A DNA stretch of 40,213 nt from a virus (taxonomy: Duplodnaviria > Caudoviricetes). The notes under the pieces are model-generated. The model was not told the DNA's origin, did no database searches, and saw only the letters and a program-made list of their open reading frames with translations. Numbering within the stretch: position 1 is the stretch's first letter; each line of letters opens with the position of its first letter. Of the stretch, positions 34,600 to 40,213 are shown piece by piece. A program made the position numbers and the translations under genes. The stretch lies in the IMG/VR virus record IMGVR_UViG_3300019874_000012, positions 1 to 40,213 of that record; one strand, 5' to 3'.

Positions 34600-34619
34600 C
34601 GGTAGGAATAGGGAGTTTT

Positions 34620-35255
34620 ATGACTACAGAAGAACAAGAAGATGTTGCAGTTGCTGTCTCCGAGCAACCGAATGTCGAGTCTCAAGAAAATCAACAAGAA
34701 GAACCAAAGATGGTTCCGCTTGCTGCCCTTCAGGCAGAGCGTAGGAAACGTCAAGAATTAGAAACCCGTAATAAGGTTTACGAAGACTTGATGGCAAAAC
34801 AACCTACTACAAAGCAACCTGAAGAAGAGGAAGAAGACCCAGAGGCATTAGTCACTAAGTCTGCCTTCCGAGAAGAGAAAGCTCTTACTAAAAGAGAGAT
34901 TCTCGAGCAGGTCTATCAAGACATGAATCCTGAGGCTGTTCAAAAGATTAACACATATTTGAAACCAATTTTGGACAAGAAACCGTGGTTAGCAGCAACT
35001 TTAGATAATGCCGTAAACCGTCTTTCTAGAGCGAATGAAATTGTGGATGATTACATGCATTTGGTAGAGGAAAAACCTAAATCAAAGGTAGTTGTAAATG
35101 ACGCAAAAAGGATTGTAGATAATGCTAATAAGCCAAGATCTCCTACAGAGATGGGGAAATCTGCGCAACCTAGCGGAACCGAATATCTTAAAAGCATTCA
35201 GGGTAAGAAAGAGTTTAGGGAATATCGACAGAAACTATTACGCGGTGAGGCATAA
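34620..35255 (+). CDS. Scaffolding protein
   Basis: Acidic N-terminus, VPLAALQAERRKRQELE motif, coiled coil; immediately before the MCP gene. Confidence 0.85.
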   Translation: MTTEEQEDVAVAVSEQPNVESQENQQEEPKMVPLAALQAERRKRQELETRNKVYEDLMAKQPTTKQPEEEEEDPEALVTKSAFREEKALTKREILEQVYQDMNPEAVQKINTYLKPILDKKPWLAATLDNAVNRLSRANEIVDDYMHLVEEKPKSKVVVNDAKRIVDNANKPRSPTEMGKSAQPSGTEYLKSIQGKKEFREYRQKLLRGEA

Positions 35256-35303
35256 AAAAAATTTGCCGCTCTTGTCAAAACATTTTTTGACTAGGAGAAG
35301 AAA

Positions 35304-36248
35304 ATGGCCGCAGGAACAACAACGACAGTACAAGTAGACCCAGAAGTCAACTTGTTCTTCGATAACATTCTTCTTGATCGTCATCAGCCATACTATGTTT
35401 ATGGCTATTTCGCTCAAGAAAGACGAATTCCTCAGAAGAATAGCAAGAACGCTATCTTCCGAAGATTCGATAACTTAGCCGATGCACTTACACCTCTTAC
35501 AGAAGGCGTTACGCCAGCTGCTGAACAGGTTACTAAGTTCGACATCACAGCAACAGTTTCGCAATACGGTAAAGTCGTTCAGCTATCTGATGATGTAATT
35601 ATCACAGTTCAAGACCAAACATCTAATGAAGTTGCTGACATGCTTGCACAAAACATGGCATCTACTTACGACAAAATCGTAAGAAATATGCTTGTAGCAA
35701 CAAGCGCTCAAATTGACTGCCTAAATGGTGTTAATGGAAATGCGATTACAGAGGTAACAACTACAGACTTAGAATTAGCTGTAGATTATCTCACTGGCAA
35801 TAACGGTAAGAAGTTATCTCCAAATCAAGAAGGAACTAATGCATTTGGCACAAGTCCGGTTTGGGCAGCTTTTTGGATGATTATTTCTACAGATTTAAGG
35901 ACTGATTTCAAGAATTTAAGCAATTTCTTGGCAACAGCTGATTATCCCCGTCAACAGAGCGTTCTTGAGAGTGAACTAGGATCTTGCGATGAGGTTCGCC
36001 TTGTCATGACATCTGAGGGCTATAAAGACGTCTCAGTTGCTCCAGCCGTATATTCCAACCTGCTTTTTGCAGCTAATGGATATGGAAGAATCATGATCGA
36101 TGATCAATCGATGGAAATGATAATTAAGCCCCTAGGAGCTGGTGAGGACCCGTTAAATCAAAGACAAACTATGGGTTGGAAGGGTCGTTTAGGCTCTGTA
36201 ATCCTAGATGACTCTTGGGTGATCAACTTAAGAAGCACTAAAGGTTAA
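35304..36248 (+). CDS. Major capsid protein (N4 gp56-like)
   Basis: IPQKNSK...FRRF..L....TPLTEGVTP, QYG....SD, DPLNQRQTMGWK motifs. Confidence 0.92.
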   Translation: MAAGTTTTVQVDPEVNLFFDNILLDRHQPYYVYGYFAQERRIPQKNSKNAIFRRFDNLADALTPLTEGVTPAAEQVTKFDITATVSQYGKVVQLSDDVIITVQDQTSNEVADMLAQNMASTYDKIVRNMLVATSAQIDCLNGVNGNAITEVTTTDLELAVDYLTGNNGKKLSPNQEGTNAFGTSPVWAAFWMIISTDLRTDFKNLSNFLATADYPRQQSVLESELGSCDEVRLVMTSEGYKDVSVAPAVYSNLLFAANGYGRIMIDDQSMEMIIKPLGAGEDPLNQRQTMGWKGRLGSVILDDSWVINLRSTKG

Positions 36249-36259
36249 GGAGGATAATT

Positions 36260-37009
36260 ATGACTGCACCAATTGGAACATCACTAAACGTCAACACAGG
36301 GACACGAGAACTTAGCCAGGTAACAAATACCTACGGCGGATATCTCCAGTCAGCTGGCGCTGCATACAATCTGGTATTGCCTTGGCAAGCTGATAAATTT
36401 GAATGGTTCAACTATACAAAGTTTGCAACCGATACAAATAACGTTGAAGGCGTTTGGTTTAGAGACTTCCCAGCAGGGGACGCTCTGATCATCGCTAGAG
36501 GCACCACTACTTTGACTTCTACATTAGAAGCTACAAATGGTGTGACAATCGCAAATACAACTGGTGGATTTGCAAATGAGCATCTGGTAATCACAGGTAT
36601 CACTACTGCAACACCTGGTGTCGTAACGACTTCTACTAATCATAATCTTTCAGATTTTGATCGTGTTGTTCTTACGAAAATCATTGGTACTGCTGCGGCT
36701 GAATTGAATAACAAAACTTATGTAGTTCAGGTTTTATCTGCTACCACATTCGCTTTGTATGACACATTCGGTCTACCAGTTCCAGTGGTTGGAGCTTATA
36801 CATCAAGCGGACAAGTCACTAAGATTGCTCCTCTTCTTGGGCAAGTTGGATCTCAAAGCAACTTTCCAGCTCCTCAGAACTCAATTCAAGACTATCCAAT
36901 CCAATATCGATTGCTATTAGGAACGGCTGTTATGGGAGCTGATAACGATATTATCTACTTCCAAGCAACTAAGTTCAATGCGTACTTCAATTTGGGTGAC
37001 GTAGCTTAA
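36260..37009 (+). CDS. Capsid decoration / minor capsid protein with FCCH-like insertion
   Basis: Follows the MCP gene with a GGAGG RBS; ITGITTATPGVVTT...HNLSD.D.V...ELNNKTYVV...TTFALYD...AYTSSG. Confidence 0.65.
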   Translation: MTAPIGTSLNVNTGTRELSQVTNTYGGYLQSAGAAYNLVLPWQADKFEWFNYTKFATDTNNVEGVWFRDFPAGDALIIARGTTTLTSTLEATNGVTIANTTGGFANEHLVITGITTATPGVVTTSTNHNLSDFDRVVLTKIIGTAAAELNNKTYVVQVLSATTFALYDTFGLPVPVVGAYTSSGQVTKIAPLLGQVGSQSNFPAPQNSIQDYPIQYRLLLGTAVMGADNDIIYFQATKFNAYFNLGDVA

Positions 37010-37014
37010 ACCAA

Positions 37015-37041
37015 AGAGAGGGGAGTATATATCCCCTCTCT
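37015..37041. terminator. 10-bp hairpin after the capsid genes (stabiliser or weak terminator)
   Basis: AGAGAGGGGA-GTATATA-TCCCCTCTCT; no U tract on the + strand. Confidence 0.5.
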
Positions 37042-37056
37042 ATAACAAGAGGAAAT

Positions 37057-37548
37057 ATGAAAAAAAGTCAGAAAGAAAAAGATGCAGAATTAATGGAAGC
37101 TGCTGTCATGAAAGGGGCAGTTGTTCAAACAGAAGAGCCTAAAAAAGAATTCGATTTCGATACTTTCATTTTCGAAAATGTCGCCGATTTTGATGTCTAT
37201 AACGCTCATGTTAGAAAACATAATAGATTATGCATACACGAACGCAACAAGATGAAAATTAAGGTCCCTGATGAGACATTTCATCGCAAAGTTAAAGTTA
37301 AATTCCAGCGTTTTGATCAGCCACAGAACGTTTTAAAAGTGAGAGTTAGAAACAAAGACATTGATTGGAAAGGTCAGTTGAAACCTGGCCGTACATACGA
37401 TCTGCCTATTCCTGTTGTTAAGTTTCTTAACAAATTAGCTGTTCCTGTTTTTGCTGAAGTCAAAGTAACCGATGGTGGTGACACATTAACAGAAACAAGA
37501 CAGGTAAGTGAAGATCCAAGATTTTCATGCCAAGTTATCGACTTTTAA
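37057..37548 (+). CDS. Hypothetical protein in the head module
   Basis: 163 aa, GAGGA RBS. Confidence 0.65.
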   Translation: MKKSQKEKDAELMEAAVMKGAVVQTEEPKKEFDFDTFIFENVADFDVYNAHVRKHNRLCIHERNKMKIKVPDETFHRKVKVKFQRFDQPQNVLKVRVRNKDIDWKGQLKPGRTYDLPIPVVKFLNKLAVPVFAEVKVTDGGDTLTETRQVSEDPRFSCQVIDF

Positions 37549-37560
37549 TAAGGATTTATT

Positions 37561-38265
37561 ATGACGGGGCCAGTTCTTCCAGCATCAGGTGCAAGTATAG
37601 TTCAAATCATTCGCAATACAACAGGACGGGTTGATAGGAATGATCCTGCCTTCACAGATCCTATTATGTATGACTATCTTAATGCCTTTTTGCAACAAGA
37701 ACACCCTCAAGAAGTCAGGATCTTCCAGAACCAAACATGGTGGGATTTCACTATTGGCCCTGCCTCTTTGGACCCCCTTCCGGTAGATCTTGACGAATTA
37801 GGTTATTCAACCATTGGGCCTTTAGCTTATGTAGGATATCCAGGGGTTCCCAATAACAATTCATTCAAAATGTTTTGGTATGTAGATCCAGGTGATTTTT
37901 ACTACAGATGGCCATGGGGAACAGTATTTACTCCGCAACAACCAACATATGTTTTGTATTACAACCAGGAATTGACTTTTCGTGGTCCTCCTGATCAGGA
38001 ATATAACATACGCCTTTCATCCTATAAAATTGATTTGTCTTTTGAAGGTGGGTCAAACCAAAACAGTCAGTCAATTTTAACTAATGTTCCAACTGCTTAC
38101 TTAGCCAGATATCTAGCCTATGGTACTTCCCTAGACATACTTAGTGATTATGGTGAAATGGATCGCTACAACGAAGTGTTTCAAGTTTATAGACGTTATA
38201 GAGGACAGGTTTTAGCCAGAACCTGGGATCAACTTTCCTCTCAAAGAACCGGCCCAGATTTTTAA
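37561..38265 (+). CDS. Head-to-tail adaptor (P22 gp4 / tubular protein A-like)
   Basis: IIR..TGR....D......DYLN, P..VLYY...L.FR.PPDQ.Y.I, YLAYG....I..D pattern; position before the tail hub gene. Confidence 0.7.
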   Translation: MTGPVLPASGASIVQIIRNTTGRVDRNDPAFTDPIMYDYLNAFLQQEHPQEVRIFQNQTWWDFTIGPASLDPLPVDLDELGYSTIGPLAYVGYPGVPNNNSFKMFWYVDPGDFYYRWPWGTVFTPQQPTYVLYYNQELTFRGPPDQEYNIRLSSYKIDLSFEGGSNQNSQSILTNVPTAYLARYLAYGTSLDILSDYGEMDRYNEVFQVYRRYRGQVLARTWDQLSSQRTGPDF

Positions 38266-38271
38266 GGTTAT

Positions 38272-38862
38272 ATGACATTTAATCCAGCAATTCCTTTAAA
38301 CAGTGATTCACCTGGGATTTTCCCCGCTCAATCACAAGCTAATTTTACTAGATTGCAAACAATCATGAGTTCTGACCATCAATTCAATTTAACAGCAGCT
38401 GCCAATGATGGATGGCATACTCTTATCCATTTAATCCCGCAGGCGCCATCTGGTATTTTAGCAAATACTGGGCGAGCCTATGTAAAAAGCACTGGAGGGT
38501 TAATTCAATTCTTCTACATGGATGATGCGGGTACAGAGTACCAACTTACTCCTCAATCTGTGACAGAAGTTAGTAAAATTATAGGTACTGCATTTTTAGC
38601 TTCAAACGGAACAATTTCTGTTCTTAATGCTTCTTATGATTATACAGGATATGGGGTGGTTTATATCAATGGAACCAACGTGCAAAGAAGTTACAATTTC
38701 ACAAAATCAGGCTCAGTAGTTTACCTGCATGAATTTGATAGCAATTCAGGATCTCCAAGCCGACCTACTTTATTTTATTCAGGCACTAATTTGTTAGCTA
38801 AAAACAATGACTCTTCAGGACAAAACATTGTTTGGTCCCTTATGGTAAACAGGATTTTTTAA
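38272..38862 (+). CDS. Virion structural protein
   Basis: MTFNPAIP..SD....SQ..NF......DH........G.H N-terminal motif of podovirus tail-associated proteins. Confidence 0.6.
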   Translation: MTFNPAIPLNSDSPGIFPAQSQANFTRLQTIMSSDHQFNLTAAANDGWHTLIHLIPQAPSGILANTGRAYVKSTGGLIQFFYMDDAGTEYQLTPQSVTEVSKIIGTAFLASNGTISVLNASYDYTGYGVVYINGTNVQRSYNFTKSGSVVYLHEFDSNSGSPSRPTLFYSGTNLLAKNNDSSGQNIVWSLMVNRIF

Positions 38863-40213
38863 TGAGCTATCAAGGATATTTAATATCAAATTATGCAACG
38901 GGATTAGATAGGGAGCTTCAGCCTTGGCTTCTTCCGAATGATGCATTTACCGATTTATTAGATGGTTATGTCTATAGAGGAGTGACTTATAAAAGAGAAG
39001 GCTATTCAGGATTTGCTAATGGGTTGAAGTCTACTTATGTTGAAAGCCGTATGGTGCATGCTATATCAGCAGAAGCATATGGCACAGGAAATGGAACTGC
39101 GGGACCTTATGTTCATGTAGCTGTAAGCACTCCTATTGCTAGAGGTAGTGTTGTTATAACTGCTGGGGCACAAACAGCTACAGATAATGGGGTTGGAGGT
39201 TTTACTACTTCTCCAGCTGGTGGTAGCGGAACTATTAATTACACCACGGGCAGCATTAGCATTACATTTAATGGAAATGTAGCAGGAGCTACGCCAATTA
39301 CTGTTACCTATGATTATCATCAAGGATTGCCCGTCATGGGCATAATGAGTTTTTATCCTAATAACAACGTAAGGGAAATGATTGTTGCAGATACAACTTA
39401 CGTTAATAAATATGATCCTAATACTGATAGGTTGGTTGATATTAGCCCAGCTACTCCTTATAACGGCACTTTTCAAGACTTTTGGTCATGGGTTAATTAT
39501 GCAGATGCCGCTTCAGTACCTAGATTACTTTTTTGTAATGGTGTAGCTGGAGATGTTATCCAACAATGGGATGGAACAACAGTTACAAACTACGCTCCAA
39601 CTTTTGCTGGTGGAACATTAAATGCTAGACAAATGTTTGAATTCCAAGATCGATTAATTTTGTTTCAAACATATGAAGCAGGTGTTTTCTTCCCAAGAAG
39701 GATTAGGATTTCAGGATTTGGAGTCAATACAGACAATTTCAATAATACAGCTCCAGGTGCAGGTTTCATAGACATACCGGACAATACCTTCTTCTTCGGG
39801 GCTGCCTTTAACCGAGATGATTTGATGTTCTTCACTGAATCATCTACTTGGTTACTCAAATATACCGGTAATGATGTCACTCCTTTTGTACTTAAGAAAG
39901 TAGATGGTAGCAGGGGATCTAAAGCTGCATTTTCTGTTATTACATACCTAAATAGAACAATGGCCGCGAGTCCTAGGGGTCTTCTTATTGTTGATGGCTA
40001 TACAGTTGAAAGGATGGATAACAATCTTCCTGACTTTGCATTCAATGAAATTAACAATCAATTTTTTGAGACATGTTTTTCGGGGTTTATCGATGAAGAA
40101 AGAGATGTTTATCTTCTTTATCCCTCTATTGGAGATGTTAGGCCAGCTCTCGTTGCGCTAGGATCATCTGATAGGATTCTAGTATCTAACTTTGAAGAAG
40201 ATATTTTTGCCAC
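38862..40213 (+). CDS. N-terminal part of the tail hub / DNA-stabilisation protein (continues at 1..978)
   Basis: ATG 38862 overlaps the upstream TAA; reads MSYQGYLISNYATGLDRELQPWLLPNDAF... and stays open to the window end; missed by the ORF track for lack of a stop codon. Confidence 0.8.
   Translation, partial: MSYQGYLISNYATGLDRELQPWLLPNDAFTDLLDGYVYRGVTYKREGYSGFANGLKSTYVESRMVHAISAEAYGTGNGTAGPYVHVAVSTPIARGSVVITAGAQTATDNGVGGFTTSPAGGSGTINYTTGSISITFNGNVAGATPITVTYDYHQGLPVMGIMSFYPNNNVREMIVADTTYVNKYDPNTDRLVDISPATPYNGTFQDFWSWVNYADAASVPRLLFCNGVAGDVIQQWDGTTVTNYAPTFAGGTLNARQMFEFQDRLILFQTYEAGVFFPRRIRISGFGVNTDNFNNTAPGAGFIDIPDNTFFFGAAFNRDDLMFFTESSTWLLKYTGNDVTPFVLKKVDGSRGSKAAFSVITYLNRTMAASPRGLLIVDGYTVERMDNNLPDFAFNEINNQFFETCFSGFIDEERDVYLLYPSIGDVRPALVALGSSDRILVSNFEEDIFA
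40074..40213. repeat. Terminal direct repeat, right copy
   Basis: Matches 1-140 with 2 mismatches. Confidence 0.95.

Noticed and set aside
40074-40213. 140-bp terminal repeat as a biological DTR
   Set aside because: It falls mid-gene in a structural CDS that reads through the join, and the length suits an assembly/read overlap. The two mismatches lie near the extreme ends and are best explained as end errors or variants.

Overview
The window is an apparently complete, circularly assembled ~40.07 kb tailed-phage genome. Bases 40074-40213 repeat bases 1-140 with 2 mismatches, and one structural gene reads in frame across the join. The virion module is podovirus-like: terL, P22-type portal, scaffold, N4-gp56-like major capsid protein, adaptor, tail hub, three ejection-type proteins and fibres/spike. 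Non-structural modules cover recombination (ERF, PD-(D/E)XK nuclease) and replication (initiator, DnaC-like ATPase, SSB/SpoVG-like protein, RusA). A leftward early region carries a serine recombinase, a ParB-like protein and HTH proteins. No lysis cassette, DNA polymerase or helicase is recognisable. The most notable feature is a ~7 kb accessory island between terS and terL that encodes an RNA-repair locus. It has three adjacent structured RNA elements, an SPFH/Band-7 protein, RtcB and a DRB0094/Rnl2-type ATP-dependent RNA ligase, plus a calcineurin-like phosphoesterase on the opposite strand. The central RNA is a 129-nt tRNA-like molecule with intact acceptor, D and T arms and a branched insert in place of the anticodon arm. 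A chlamydia-like host is a tentative inference only. All protein calls come from motif recognition by eye; no searches were run.
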